Shown: positions 29,834 through 40,659, counted from the first letter of the stretch. The stretch: 64,000 nt of DNA from Leptolyngbyaceae cyanobacterium clean351 (GCA_027451865.1 DAIDHW010000001.1:905530-969529), one strand, 5' to 3'. The notes: generated by a model from the letters alone, not told the origin. Numbers and translations are program-made.

Positions 29834-31378
29834 CTAACTACTGGAGCTGGGAGCCCGGTCTAGGGTGCGGTATTGGAGGGCTTCCGCCACATGGGCAGTT
29901 TGCAGCTCGGGGGAGTCAGCTAGGTCAGCAATGGTGCGAGCTACCTTGAGCACCCGGTCCGTAGCTCGGGCGGAAAGGCCCAGCCGCCGGACTGCGGTTT
30001 CAAGGACTGTCTGGGCGCTGGCCTGGAGAAGACCTAGGGAGCGCAGGTGCTGACTTTGCATATCGGCATTACAACGCAGGAGGCCCCCCTCCTGGGCAAA
30101 CCTAGCCAGGGAACGCTGACGAGCCATCTCTACTCTTTGCCGCACTAGGTCAGAGCTCTCCCCTTCACTATCTCGGGTAATCTCCTCTGGTTTGAGGCGG
30201 TTGACGATCACCTGCAGGTCAATCCGGTCCATCAGAGGCCCCGATAGCTTGGACCAGTACTGCTCCCGTTGGCGGGGACTACAGGTGCAGGGTTGGAGAG
30301 AGTCCCCGTAGTAACCACAGGGACAGGGATTAGTACTAGCCACCAGGGTAAACTTAGCCGGGAAAATTACTGACTGGCGGGCCCGGGCGATGGTGACAAA
30401 GCCGTCCTCTAGGGGCTGACGCAACACCTCGAGCACCTCACGCTTAAACTCCGCCATCTCATCCATGAACAGTACTCCCCGATGGGCTAGGGAGATTTCT
30501 CCGGGCCGTGGGAAGCCACCCCCCCCTACTAAGGAAGGCCCAGAGGCGGAGTGGTGGGGACTGCGAAAGGGACGCTGGGTGATCAGGTGTCCTCGCTCCT
30601 TGAGCAGGCCGGCGGCTGAGTAGATTCGACTCACCTCTAGGGCCTCGAGAAAAGCCAAGGGAGGCAGAATACCCGGTAATCGCCGGGCGAGCATCGTCTT
30701 GCCACTCCCCGGGGGACCGACAAAAATCAGGTTATGCCCCCCTGCCGCCGCAATTTCCAGAGCTCGCCGGGCTAGGGCCTGACCCTTAACATCCCGTAGA
30801 TCCCCCGAAGCTGGGGCAGCTGGGGCAAGGATTAGTCGGGGGTCAAGCCGGACTGGGGTGTGCCGCTCAGGTTCCTGACAGAACTCCACAACTTCCCCGA
30901 GGTGATGGAAACCATAGACTGCTAAGTCCTCTACCGCTGCTGCCTCTTGGGCATTACCAGCGGGTACCACCAGACCACGCATCCCCAGTTGCCGAGCACA
31001 GGCAGCCACGGCCAGGACTCCGGCCACTGGCCGCAGACTTCCATCGAGGGACAACTCTCCCAAGAACAGGTAGTCACCGAGAAATTCTGGATTTAACTGC
31101 TCTGAGGCAGCCAGGATCCCAATACTGATAGGCAGATCGAAGCTGGGTCCTTCCTTGCGCAGGTCGGCCGGGGCCAGATTAACAACAATCCGCCGCAGGG
31201 GGAAAACATAACGGGTATTCTTCAGGGCAGCCCTGACTCGTTCCCGAGACTCTTGGACGGCAGTGTCAGGGAGACCTACCACCACAGTGGCCGGCAAGCC
31301 CCCTGACACATCTACCTCTACCCCTACTTTGACCGCATCAATACCCAGGAGAGTGGCACTCCAGACCCGGGCTAGCAT
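29834..31378 (-). CDS. YifB/ComM-family Mg-chelatase-like AAA+ ATPase
   Basis: Lon-like N-terminal domain, Walker A (GPPGSGKT) and C-terminal Cys-rich region (NPCPCGYYG) typical of YifB. Confidence 0.85.
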   Translation of the reverse strand: MLARVWSATLLGIDAVKVGVEVDVSGGLPATVVVGLPDTAVQESRERVRAALKNTRYVFPLRRIVVNLAPADLRKEGPSFDLPISIGILAASEQLNPEFLGDYLFLGELSLDGSLRPVAGVLAVAACARQLGMRGLVVPAGNAQEAAAVEDLAVYGFHHLGEVVEFCQEPERHTPVRLDPRLILAPAAPASGDLRDVKGQALARRALEIAAAGGHNLIFVGPPGSGKTMLARRLPGILPPLAFLEALEVSRIYSAAGLLKERGHLITQRPFRSPHHSASGPSLVGGGGFPRPGEISLAHRGVLFMDEMAEFKREVLEVLRQPLEDGFVTIARARQSVIFPAKFTLVASTNPCPCGYYGDSLQPCTCSPRQREQYWSKLSGPLMDRIDLQVIVNRLKPEEITRDSEGESSDLVRQRVEMARQRSLARFAQEGGLLRCNADMQSQHLRSLGLLQASAQTVLETAVRRLGLSARATDRVLKVARTIADLADSPELQTAHVAEALQYRTLDRAPSSSS

Positions 31379-31461
31379 GAAACCATAACTCTACAACCCT
31401 TGGCAGTTACTAGTCAGGTATTATAGTGCACGTTTCCTGTCTAGCTACCTTCCTAGAGTGA

Positions 31462-31683
31462 CTAATCGTAGACGTAGTGGCCGGGAACCCAGTGACCGTA
31501 GACATAGCGGCCAGGAACCCAGTGCCGACGAGAGTAGCAGTGGCGGGGGACCCAGCGGCCATTGACGTAGTGACCGGAGGTACAGTAGGCAGCCGCATCT
31601 GCTGGGGCAGGTCTCACTAAGGGCGCCATCCCCATAACTCCCACCAGGGCTAGGGCAACAGAAAGTTTTCGCCAAGCGTGCAT
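31462..31683 (-). CDS. small secreted Cys-containing Tyr/Trp/His/Arg-rich protein, paralog of 31863-32153
   Basis: Signal peptide ending PAPADAAA; mature about 41 aa with C-x3-GH...GRWVPRHCY core and internal HWVPG repeats. Confidence 0.45.
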   Translation of the reverse strand: MHAWRKLSVALALVGVMGMAPLVRPAPADAAAYCTSGHYVNGRWVPRHCYSRRHWVPGRYVYGHWVPGHYVYD

Positions 31684-31862
31684 CGGTTCTGACTCCTAAA
31701 GTTTGCGGATTACTATCCCCTTAAGGCCAAGAAGAGGGGGCCCGAGGGTAGAGGATATGCCTCGACTGAGGGCCAGAATACCTGGCCTTAATTGCTTTAC
31801 CTAGCTTAGGGATACCGCGGCAGGAAGGCTGCTTCCCGAAACCGGGCGGACCGGGTCTCTCG

Positions 31863-32153
31863 CTAGTTATTATCAACTAAGTGGTTGACCAGGATGCGCA
31901 CCCCATTGCGGACTACCCAACGAGCCGGGAACCAGTTGCGGTCATCGTTATAGTAGGGATGATCCCAACGCCAGTCCGCTCCCGCGTTGTAGAAGTCGTA
32001 GTAGCAGTGCCTCGGGATCCAAACCCGGCCAGGGCCAAAGTGCCCCGGCACACAGGTGTCGGCAGCCGCCGGAGCAGGGTTAACGAAGGGAGCGATACCA
32101 AGAGTGGCACCAATTAAAGAAAGGGAAACAGCAATTTTTTTCCAGTTATTCAT
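31863..32153 (-). CDS. small secreted Cys-containing aromatic-rich protein, paralog of 31462-31683
   Basis: Signal peptide ending PAPAAA; shares C-x-PGH...GR-W-(V/I)-PRHCY with its neighbour. Confidence 0.45.
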   Translation of the reverse strand: MNNWKKIAVSLSLIGATLGIAPFVNPAPAAADTCVPGHFGPGRVWIPRHCYYDFYNAGADWRWDHPYYNDDRNWFPARWVVRNGVRILVNHLVDNN

Positions 32154-32236
32154 GGTCTCACCATCCCCGTAGGGTGTACGCTAAACTATTTGACTAGTTT
32201 CCCAACTTGGGAGTTCAATGGGACCCGACCCTAGCT

Positions 32237-33874
32237 ATGGTTGACACTTTCCTGACTGACCCTCCCCTTGATGAGGAGCTCAAGGTTGCGGTGCAAGCCC
32301 GCCGCAACTTCGCGATTATTTCCCACCCGGATGCGGGAAAAACTACCCTGACGGAGAAGTTACTGCTGTACGGGGGGGCAATCCACGAAGCAGGAGCTGT
32401 AAAAGCCCGGCGCGCCCAGCGGCACGCCACCTCCGACTGGATGGAGATGGAACAGCAAAGGGGGATCTCCATCACTTCGACCGTGCTTCAGTTTGCCTAC
32501 CAGGGTTACCAAATCAACCTCCTTGACACCCCCGGCCACCAGGATTTCAGCGAGGACACCTACCGGACCCTGGCCGCAGCGGATAATGCTGTGATGCTCA
32601 TTGATGCCGCTAAGGGCCTAGAACCCCAAACCCGCAAGTTATTTACCGTCTGTCAGCTGCGGGGGTTACCGATTTTCACCTTTATTAACAAGATGGACCG
32701 CCCTGGTCAAGACCCCCTGGCCCTCCTCGATGAGATCGAACGAGAGCTCGGCTTGCACACTTACCCGGTCAACTGGCCCCTGGGTACCGGAGACCGCTTC
32801 CAGGGGGTCTACGACCGGCAGAGGCATCAGATACATTTGTTCGAGCGCTCGATCCATGGGCGACGGGAGGCAAGTGAACAGGTCATTGAACCAGACGACC
32901 CCCAGATCGGCCAGCTAGTAGACCCCTGGCTGTGGTCCCAGTTACAGGAAGACCTAGGACTTTTGGAGGGGGCGGGCACCAGTTTAGACCTAGAGGCAGT
33001 GCATCGGGGCCAGATGACCCCCGTCTATTTTGGCAGTGCCATGACCAATTTCGGGGTGGAACTGTTCCTGCGTTCCTTTCTAGAGTTGGCGTTGCAACCG
33101 GGGGCTCACCTGAGCTCCCGGGGGGAAATTGCCCCTACCTATCCGGAGTTTAGTGGGTTCATCTTCAAGCTCCAGGCTAACATGGACCCCAAACACCGGG
33201 ACCGGGTTGCTTTTGTGCGCGTCTGCTCAGGCAAATTTGCTAAGGACATGCTAGTCAACCACGCTCGCACCGGTAAGTCCATCCGGCTCTCCCGGCCGCA
33301 GAAATTGTTTGCCCAGGACCGAGAGTCAATTACTGAAGCCTACCCGGGGGACGTAATTGGCCTGAATAACCCCGGGATGTTTGCCATTGGGGACACGGTG
33401 TACACCGGCCAGAAGCTTGAGTACGCTGATATTCCTAGCTTCCCTCCGGAGTTATTTGCCTACCTCAAAAACCCCAACCCCTCCAAGTTCAAACAATTCT
33501 CCAAGGGAGTAGCTGAGCTGCGGGAAGAGGGGGCAGTGCAGATTTTCTACTCCCTAGACGAGGCCCGACGGGACCCGATCCTAGCTGCAGTCGGTCAGCT
33601 GCAGTTTGAGGTGGTACAGTTTCGTCTCCAAAACGAGTACGGGGTTGAAACTCTCCTAGAACCTCTCCCCTATACTATTGCCCGCTGGATAGCCGGGGGG
33701 TGGGAGGCTCTCAACCAAGTTGGTCGCCTGTTCAATAGCCTCACCGTCAAGGACCGCTGGGATGAGCCAGTACTTTTATTCCGCAACCAATGGAACTGTC
33801 AGCAGGTAGAAGCCGACCACCCCGAATTGAAACTGCTAAGCATACGCGACAGCACCCCGGTCCCGAACCAGTAA
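32237..33874 (+). CDS. prfC: peptide chain release factor 3
   Basis: GTPase motifs ([24 protein letters not shown]) and RF3-like length. Start at internal ATG; ORF extends to 32207. Confidence 0.85.
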   Translation: MVDTFLTDPPLDEELKVAVQARRNFAIISHPDAGKTTLTEKLLLYGGAIHEAGAVKARRAQRHATSDWMEMEQQRGISITSTVLQFAYQGYQINLLDTPGHQDFSEDTYRTLAAADNAVMLIDAAKGLEPQTRKLFTVCQLRGLPIFTFINKMDRPGQDPLALLDEIERELGLHTYPVNWPLGTGDRFQGVYDRQRHQIHLFERSIHGRREASEQVIEPDDPQIGQLVDPWLWSQLQEDLGLLEGAGTSLDLEAVHRGQMTPVYFGSAMTNFGVELFLRSFLELALQPGAHLSSRGEIAPTYPEFSGFIFKLQANMDPKHRDRVAFVRVCSGKFAKDMLVNHARTGKSIRLSRPQKLFAQDRESITEAYPGDVIGLNNPGMFAIGDTVYTGQKLEYADIPSFPPELFAYLKNPNPSKFKQFSKGVAELREEGAVQIFYSLDEARRDPILAAVGQLQFEVVQFRLQNEYGVETLLEPLPYTIARWIAGGWEALNQVGRLFNSLTVKDRWDEPVLLFRNQWNCQQVEADHPELKLLSIRDSTPVPNQ

Positions 33875-33906
33875 TTAACCCGGACAAGGGCATCCCTACG
33901 GGCCCA

Positions 33907-34212
33907 TCAAAGCTGCCGGTGCAGCTGCCCAAGTACTTCCTGTAGGTCTGACTGCGCCCGGGTAGGGACTAGGTCCGCCAAAGTTACCTGACAACGACCA
34001 CCCCCAAGGGAAATGGGAATTGCCCGGAGAGCTGCCGAAACCTCATCTTCCCCCCATCGACCCGCAATTAAGAGGGGATAAAGTCCTTCGGCTAAGGTGG
34101 TGTCTAGCTTGGCATCGCCGAGGTACAGATGCCACTTAGCCACATCCATGTAGACAACCTCAGCAATCTCCGCCGCTAGGGCAGCAATGAGTTCACTTTG
34201 CGACTTGTTCAT
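33907..34212 (-). CDS. hypothetical protein
   Basis: 101-aa ORF, protein-like composition, no recognisable motif. Confidence 0.4.
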   Translation of the reverse strand: MNKSQSELIAALAAEIAEVVYMDVAKWHLYLGDAKLDTTLAEGLYPLLIAGRWGEDEVSAALRAIPISLGGGRCQVTLADLVPTRAQSDLQEVLGQLHRQL

Positions 34213-34344
34213 AGCAATTCACCAAAGGATGGAGCCACAGTACGACCGGGATGGATAGTAGCCCCGACTAAGACCCCTAGGACCAGTGTAGGAGATTCCT
34301 GAGGAGGGAGGAGCATATTCCTCGCTGCCCCTCCCTAGGAAGCC

Positions 34345-35703
34345 TTAAGTTGACTCGGGGATCGACGGCGCAGGCTGACCTGTTTCGACCAGAAAAGCCG
34401 TGCAATTGTTGGTAAGAACAGCAATTAGGGGATGCCAGCCCCAAAAAATTCCCCCGCAAACTACTACCAAGTTGGGCAGCCAAATCAGAGCCGCATTACT
34501 CTCAATTCTCCCTAAGGCCCGTCGGGCTAAGGTAATACCCTTAACCAAGCTCATTAACCCCGGCTCCAAGAGGGTTACAGCCTCGGGTAGCCCATCTTGG
34601 GTATCCGAGTGCAATCTGAGGATAGTCATCGGGGATTCGGCATGGGGGTCGGCATGGATATAACCTACTAGGGCCAAGTGATGGCCGTGCTCAAGTAGAT
34701 TGTGCTCCAGGGGGGGGGTAACCGTGCTCAGGCAGCGGACCCCCAAATCCCCAAGGGCCGCCAGCTCCCCTGGGGTGGTGGGCTCAGCCAACACTAGGGT
34801 GTCAAGGCGCGCCAGCATCTCTAAGCTGCGCCCACTGGGGATATAAATTCCCGCCTCTACCCCTTCTAGTAAGGCATTGAGGAGTATCCCAGCCATACTA
34901 GTTTGGATACCACTGCCGAAATCTAACTGCAGGGGGGCCAAAGACCGGCCCAAATTGCCAGTAAGGATGAATATGGTGCCACTAAGGGCCAGGGTGGGGA
35001 GGACGGCGCTGTGACTCAGCTGAGCTTGCCAGGTGCCAAGCTGGGTGTCATAGACCGGTTCCCGGGTCAGCAAGGTCAGAGCTAACTGCCGCCGCGGACT
35101 GGAGGGCAGGTTCTGCCAAGCCCGGTAACGCTCGTGACTAGTTTCCGCCCGCAGGTTCCGCCGGCCCCCAGCCAGGGCGGTTTTAAAAGCCGGTGCCAGG
35201 TACTGCCCCTGGAGGGTGTGCAACCCCATCCATAGGCTGTCTAGGACATCAATGCTCGGACTACCGCGGACAAAGGTGCTTTCTAAGGCCCGGGCGATCC
35301 AGGGTTGGGCTGCCCCGGCGATCACTATCCCCAACACCAGGGAGGGGACCTCGGCGACTGTGGCCACCAGGGCAAGGGTGACACTGAGCCCCGGCAAGAG
35401 CAGATGTTGCCAGTCGGTGGTCTGGGGCCGGTCAAAGGGGTCGGTCGTCTCAGCGGGCTCCCAATGCCAGTCTCCCCCCCAATCTCCCACCACCACCAAA
35501 CTGAGGACAAATTCTGGGGTAAACTTTTCCTCCGCGTAGGTGAGCACCAGGGACCCCGCCGCCGGATTAACCCGCACGCTCTCGAAGATAGCCAGACTGG
35601 CCAAGCCATGACGCAGCCAGGCCCCGTAGTCTTGATTGTTGACTAGGGCTGGGATACGCAGGCGCAGGCGGCCGGGGATGTTATGGGCGACTTCGTATTC
35701 CAT
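34345..35703 (-). CDS. membrane protein, possibly a degenerate P-type-ATPase-like protein
   Basis: N-terminal HNIPGRLRLRIP motif, hydrophobic helices, and regions loosely resembling the P-type ATPase P-domain without DKTGT or GDGxND; low-confidence reading. Confidence 0.4.
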   Translation of the reverse strand: MEYEVAHNIPGRLRLRIPALVNNQDYGAWLRHGLASLAIFESVRVNPAAGSLVLTYAEEKFTPEFVLSLVVVGDWGGDWHWEPAETTDPFDRPQTTDWQHLLLPGLSVTLALVATVAEVPSLVLGIVIAGAAQPWIARALESTFVRGSPSIDVLDSLWMGLHTLQGQYLAPAFKTALAGGRRNLRAETSHERYRAWQNLPSSPRRQLALTLLTREPVYDTQLGTWQAQLSHSAVLPTLALSGTIFILTGNLGRSLAPLQLDFGSGIQTSMAGILLNALLEGVEAGIYIPSGRSLEMLARLDTLVLAEPTTPGELAALGDLGVRCLSTVTPPLEHNLLEHGHHLALVGYIHADPHAESPMTILRLHSDTQDGLPEAVTLLEPGLMSLVKGITLARRALGRIESNAALIWLPNLVVVCGGIFWGWHPLIAVLTNNCTAFLVETGQPAPSIPEST

Positions 35704-35818
35704 AGGGGTAGAGGTTTGCCGACACCTGGAAACTGGGTAGGGAGACTGGTTTATCCCACTCTAACCAGCATGGTAGCAGCACCGAAGCGGTCTGGAACTG
35801 TCGCAGGGGTCAGTTGGG

Positions 35819-36856
35819 CTAGGAGCGCCGCCCCCGCCGCCACCCGAAAGCTAAGCCCACGAGGACTAGATAAACCACCAGGCTCACCTCAACTTGTCTA
35901 GGGGACCGAGGGCCGAGGAACCGCTGCCAAGGGACCTGGGGTAATTCCAGAGAACTGGTAGTGAACCGAAAGTTACGGGTGAAAACCTGGTCATTGATAG
36001 TCCCCACCAGATAAACCGTGTAGGTGGTGTCAGGGTGCAGGGGGGCCGGGGGGAAGGCGACCCCATGGTAGGGCATCAACTCGTGATTCGCGTCGTGAAC
36101 TGAGTCCAGTAAGGTCAAGTTAGTGGTGATTTGGTCCGGGGCGGTAACGAAACCACCAGTCAAGGTGAGGTGGTCAGTGAGATTGCCGACAACAACTATC
36201 GGGGTGCCCAGGGGGTCAACACTAGTGTCAATGCCTAGGGGCTCCGGGTACTCATGGCCTAAGGATTGGTAGGGCACATCTACGGCACCCTGACAGGGAA
36301 ACGTCAAGGGTACCTGACCGAAAGTAGTGACCACAGGACCAATCCCCAGGTCTATGACGGTGTCCAGCCGGGCAACTTCTGCCGCCGCGGTGATACCAAT
36401 CCCCACATCCACATCCGCAGGGGTCATTAGCACCACGGCATGGTAGGGGACACTGATAAGGCCATCTATTTGGCCCGCCCCACCCCCGGGGGTATCCGTA
36501 GTGACTACCTCCCCTACGGTGCTGGCGGATTGATAGCCAGCCTTGATAGCCCGGTCATTGGGGGTAAGACCGTAGTAGTCCCGAGCCCTGGGGTTTTCAA
36601 TATGGGTAATGCCATGGGCGCGGACGTAGGTGACATGGGCAGAGGCCGCCAGATCCAAGTACTGATTTTCTCGCAGAGCTGTTAGTCCGCACTGCTGCCG
36701 CAGCCCATTCAACCGCTCTAGTGCCAAGGCAGACTGGTTAGGGTTAGCCGAGGGATAATTGGGCCCTTGGCAGCCGACTAAGACCGCAGCCAAGCTGCCT
36801 ACCAGAACTAGGGACCAGTTGACCCCCCTAGGCAGCCAGTCTAAGGCAAATTTCAT
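35819..36856 (-). CDS. putative lipoprotein / cell-surface protein with C-terminal membrane anchor
   Basis: Signal peptide with lipobox-like LVGC, beta-rich Gly/Thr/Asp-rich body, C-terminal hydrophobic helix plus basic tail (WRRGRRS). Confidence 0.45.
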   Translation of the reverse strand: MKFALDWLPRGVNWSLVLVGSLAAVLVGCQGPNYPSANPNQSALALERLNGLRQQCGLTALRENQYLDLAASAHVTYVRAHGITHIENPRARDYYGLTPNDRAIKAGYQSASTVGEVVTTDTPGGGAGQIDGLISVPYHAVVLMTPADVDVGIGITAAAEVARLDTVIDLGIGPVVTTFGQVPLTFPCQGAVDVPYQSLGHEYPEPLGIDTSVDPLGTPIVVVGNLTDHLTLTGGFVTAPDQITTNLTLLDSVHDANHELMPYHGVAFPPAPLHPDTTYTVYLVGTINDQVFTRNFRFTTSSLELPQVPWQRFLGPRSPRQVEVSLVVYLVLVGLAFGWRRGRRS

Positions 36857-36985
36857 AATATAGTCTTCACATACTAGCTAATCAGGCCAGAATACCGGCG
36901 GTCGAGGCCAGCCATGCATACATCTAGCTGGCCGGGAGTTAACTTAGGACTCAGGGCTGGCCCAAGAATAAATCTGTTCTTTAAC

Positions 36986-37735
36986 TTAGTCTACAGGGAT
37001 ATCCCGCCGGCTCCAGGCAAGATAGACGACAAACAGGACTATAAGGGTAGTCAGTCCTAGGCTGACTAATCCGGAGCTATAGCCTAGCCCCCCCACAGCC
37101 TCCGGTTTATCAGCCCAATCAGCAAAGGAAGCTCCGAGGGGCCGGGTCACTACGTAGGCTGACCAGAAGGCTGACACCTCGCTCAAACCTCCCCGCCAAT
37201 AAGCCCAGCCCGGCAGGGCAAAGAGGACCGCAAATAGGACCCCAGAGCCTAAATAGCCAAGGTTAAAGGTCGTGGCAGTCAGGTCCCCCGCTGCTGTCCC
37301 TAGGGCGAAGGTAGCCAGCACCGTCCCCCAGTAAAAGGACTCCCGGCGGGGGGTATAGATGCTGTGAATGGACAGGGTTTTTTCGGTGCGCCTCCACATA
37401 ACCAATACCCCCGCTAGGACGAGGGCAAAGCAGGTGGTGGAGGCAAGGTAGGGGACTCCCAGGACAACGTGGATCACGTCCGCCACCATGGTGCCAAAAA
37501 TGCTGACCATGACCACTAATAACCAGTAAACCCAGGCCACGTATCGACGCACGGCAAACTGCAACCCCAGGGCAGCCCCAAACCCGACCCCCCCTAAGAT
37601 CACAGCTAGGTGAGGATCCAAGTGAAATACCAAGTAATCTGAGGTTGCCTCACCCATGGCTGTGCTCAGGATCTTCACAATCCAGAAGTACACTGTCACC
37701 TCAGGAACCTTGGCATGCTTTCGGTTTTGGCTCAT
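36986..37735 (-). CDS. polytopic membrane protein, hypothetical
   Basis: Multiple hydrophobic helices; start at internal ATG (MSQNRK); ORF extends to 37837. Confidence 0.5.
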   Translation of the reverse strand: MSQNRKHAKVPEVTVYFWIVKILSTAMGEATSDYLVFHLDPHLAVILGGVGFGAALGLQFAVRRYVAWVYWLLVVMVSIFGTMVADVIHVVLGVPYLASTTCFALVLAGVLVMWRRTEKTLSIHSIYTPRRESFYWGTVLATFALGTAAGDLTATTFNLGYLGSGVLFAVLFALPGWAYWRGGLSEVSAFWSAYVVTRPLGASFADWADKPEAVGGLGYSSGLVSLGLTTLIVLFVVYLAWSRRDIPVD

Positions 37736-37869
37736 ATTCTCTGTCCTATGCAGGGTCTCCTGTGGTTTAGGCGGGGTAACCTTTCCCTTAGACTCTCCCC
37801 GGCTCCTCCGGGTGCCTGACCCCAGGACCACCAACATTCCCTAGAATAGGAGAACCCTTCTGAAATCCG

Positions 37870-38475
37870 ATGGCTTGGAAGATGGCTTGGAAGACTTCTT
37901 TAGTTAACTTATCCTGGATTCTCCTAGCTAGTGGGGCCCTCTGGCCCCCAACAAGCTTAGCCAAAACCCCCACCCCCTCCCCCTGTAGTCAATCACCCCA
38001 AGACTACCTGCAAAGTTACCAGACCAAGCCCTCCCCCCTGGCCATGGTTTGTTTCCAGTACGCCCTCCAGCGGGACCCCCAGTCCTATCCCGATGTGCCG
38101 GCCTCAACTCTGCCGCCGCCAGGGGACCAGGTGATCGATATCTTTGGCCAGCGGCTCAAAAATAATAAGCTCATTTATCGGGAGCATTGGCAACCCCTGC
38201 CAGGCTTCCCACATTTGTACTATGATCCGGCATCCGTGTCTCCCTACTACCCCCAGGGAGTGCCAATGATTCAGATCATGGGGACTTCCACCCTCGGAAG
38301 TAATCCCTACAAGGTGGCCATGACTGTCAACTGCCGGCAACGGACCATCACCTACGAGGCTGTGGCCCGCCGCTACACCCGTATCTACGACTACAGTTCC
38401 CGGTACCATATGGCGGGGGACTTTGCCCCCGAGGCAGTTGACCAACTTTGTCGCGCTCTTTTGTCTCCTCCCTGA
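37870..38475 (+). CDS. secreted hypothetical protein
   Basis: Signal-peptide-like N-terminus (LSWILLASGALWPPTSLA); Pro/Tyr-rich mature part. Confidence 0.4.
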   Translation: MAWKMAWKTSLVNLSWILLASGALWPPTSLAKTPTPSPCSQSPQDYLQSYQTKPSPLAMVCFQYALQRDPQSYPDVPASTLPPPGDQVIDIFGQRLKNNKLIYREHWQPLPGFPHLYYDPASVSPYYPQGVPMIQIMGTSTLGSNPYKVAMTVNCRQRTITYEAVARRYTRIYDYSSRYHMAGDFAPEAVDQLCRALLSPP

Positions 38476-38479
38476 ACCC

Positions 38480-39337
38480 ATGCCAGAAATCTCGATCCGT
38501 AATGCTAACCACTACTACGAATGGATCACTGATTCACCTCGGTTAGGCACTCGGCCAACCATGATTTTTATCCACGGCTGGGGGGGCTCGAGCCGTTATT
38601 GGCAAAGTACCGCTCAGGCCCTCAAGGGGGAGTTTGACTGCCTGTTGTACGACCTGAGGGGATTTGGCCGTTCCGGAACTAGCAGCACCGGCAAAGATAC
38701 CGAACCCTACAACCTGGAGAGCTATGCCGAGGACTTGGATCTATTGCTGAGTGCTCTTGAGTTGGATGCGGTGTACCTCAATGCCCACTCCATGGGGGCT
38801 TCGATCGCCACCTACTTTCTCAACCTCTACCCAGAACGGGTAGTGCGGGCTATCCTCACCTGCACTGGCATTTTTGAGTACGACGAAAGGACTTTCCAAG
38901 CTTTCTACCGCTTTGGCAGTTACGTGGTGCGCTTCCGCCCCCCTTGGCTATACCGCCTGCCAGGAGTTGACCGGATGTTTATGGCCCGGTTTGTACACCA
39001 GACTTTGCCTGGACCAATCAGGCAAGCTTTTCTGGAGGACTTTCTCCAGGCCGATGAAGCGGCTGCCCTAGGGACTATCTTCACCTCCGTCAGCTACAAG
39101 GCCACTCAGGTTATGCCCCAAGAGTTTTCCCGCCTACAAGTCCCCACCCTGATCATAGCGGGGGAGCACGACCGGATTATTCCTGCCTCCATGGGGGAGC
39201 AGGCCGCCAAGCTAAATTCCTTGATTAAACTACAGGTTATGCCCAATACCGCCCACTTCCCCATGCTGGAAGATAGCACCAGGTATCTAGAGCACCTGCG
39301 CCAGTTTTTGGCCTCTCCCCCGGGCCCTGAACCATGA
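38480..39337 (+). CDS. alpha/beta-fold hydrolase
   Basis: HGWGG oxyanion-hole region and nucleophile elbow GxSxG (AHSMGAS). Start at internal ATG; ORF extends to 38423. Confidence 0.7.
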   Translation: MPEISIRNANHYYEWITDSPRLGTRPTMIFIHGWGGSSRYWQSTAQALKGEFDCLLYDLRGFGRSGTSSTGKDTEPYNLESYAEDLDLLLSALELDAVYLNAHSMGASIATYFLNLYPERVVRAILTCTGIFEYDERTFQAFYRFGSYVVRFRPPWLYRLPGVDRMFMARFVHQTLPGPIRQAFLEDFLQADEAAALGTIFTSVSYKATQVMPQEFSRLQVPTLIIAGEHDRIIPASMGEQAAKLNSLIKLQVMPNTAHFPMLEDSTRYLEHLRQFLASPPGPEP

Positions 39338-40659
39338 CCGACTTTGGGAGCTCAGGACAGCTGCTGCGGGAGAAAATTGATGGCCGTCAGGCTCGGGTGG
39401 GCCTGATTGGTTTGGGGTACGTGGGGTTACCCCTGGCGCTGTTGTGCGTGCGCCGGGGATTTACTGTTGTAGGTTTTGATACTGACCCTCGTAAGGTAGC
39501 TATGCTCCAGGCCGGGGAGTCCTACATCAACCACATTTCTAGCCAACAGTTGCGGGACTTGCCGATGGAAGTCACAGGTGACCCAGAGCAACTGCGCACC
39601 GCAGACGTGGTCATCCTCTGTGTGCCCACGCCCCTAGGCAATCACCGGGAGCCAAACTTGAGCTATGTGCTCAATTCAACCCGCTCAGTAGCGACCATTC
39701 TCCGCCCGGGCCAATTGGTGATTCTTGAGAGCACTACCTACCCGGGAACCACGACAGAGGAAGTCCTGCCGGTGCTCCAGGAAACCGGCCTGCAGGTAGG
39801 AGTAGAGTTTTTCCTCGGCTACTCTCCGGAACGGGAAGACCCCGGCAACCCCCGATTTCAAACCTCCCAGATCCCCAAGGTAGTCTCTGGGATTACCCAG
39901 GAGTGCACAGATATTATCCGGGCTTTCTACGATACTCTGGTGGTAAAGACCGTGCCGGTCTCCTCGACGCGAGTTGCTGAGGCCACCAAGATTCTTGAAA
40001 ATACTTACCGCTGCGTCAACATCGCCCTGGTGAATGAGTTGAAGATCCTTTTCCAGCGCATGGGAATTGATATCTGGGAGGTGATTGAGGCAGCTAGCAC
40101 TAAGCCCTTCGGCTTTCAGCCCTTCTACCCGGGACCGGGGTTGGGGGGCCACTGTATTCCCATCGACCCCTTCTACTTGACCTGGAAAGCCCACGAGTAC
40201 GGCTTGCACACTCGGTTCATTGAACTGGCTGGGGAAATTAATACTGCTATGCCTTTCTACGTCCTAGACCAGCTAATTCAAGGATTAAATCGCCATGGCA
40301 AAGCCCCCACTAACTGTCAGGTACTTTTACTCGGGGTTGCCTACAAGCCCAACATCGGCGACCCCCGGGAAAGTCCAGCCCTCAAACTGATTGACCTGCT
40401 GCAAACCATGGGAACTCAGGTGCTCTACCACGACCCGCTCATCCCCACCTGCCGCGGTCACAGTCGTTACCCCCACGTGGATCTAGAATCTGTGGAGTTG
40501 ACAAGGGAGGTGCTCTGCCAGAGTGATGCGGTGGTAGTCGTCACAGACCATGACCAGGTAAACTACGAGCTAGTGGCCGCCTACAGCCCCTTGGTCGTCG
40601 ATACCCGCAACGCTCTGGCTCGCCGGGGACTACAGGCTGCCCACGTGATTAAGGCCTAG
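39334..40659 (+). CDS. nucleotide-sugar dehydrogenase (UDP-N-acetyl-hexosamine 6-dehydrogenase family)
   Basis: N-terminal Rossmann GLGYVGLPLA and catalytic Cys region GGHCIPIDP; start overlaps the upstream stop. Confidence 0.8.
   Translation: MTDFGSSGQLLREKIDGRQARVGLIGLGYVGLPLALLCVRRGFTVVGFDTDPRKVAMLQAGESYINHISSQQLRDLPMEVTGDPEQLRTADVVILCVPTPLGNHREPNLSYVLNSTRSVATILRPGQLVILESTTYPGTTTEEVLPVLQETGLQVGVEFFLGYSPEREDPGNPRFQTSQIPKVVSGITQECTDIIRAFYDTLVVKTVPVSSTRVAEATKILENTYRCVNIALVNELKILFQRMGIDIWEVIEAASTKPFGFQPFYPGPGLGGHCIPIDPFYLTWKAHEYGLHTRFIELAGEINTAMPFYVLDQLIQGLNRHGKAPTNCQVLLLGVAYKPNIGDPRESPALKLIDLLQTMGTQVLYHDPLIPTCRGHSRYPHVDLESVELTREVLCQSDAVVVVTDHDQVNYELVAAYSPLVVDTRNALARRGLQAAHVIKA

Noticed and set aside
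35819-36856. Possible CAP (SCP/PR1-like) domain in the lipoprotein
   Set aside because: Only a loose resemblance in one segment; the defining CAP motifs are not evident, so the call is left as a generic lipoprotein.
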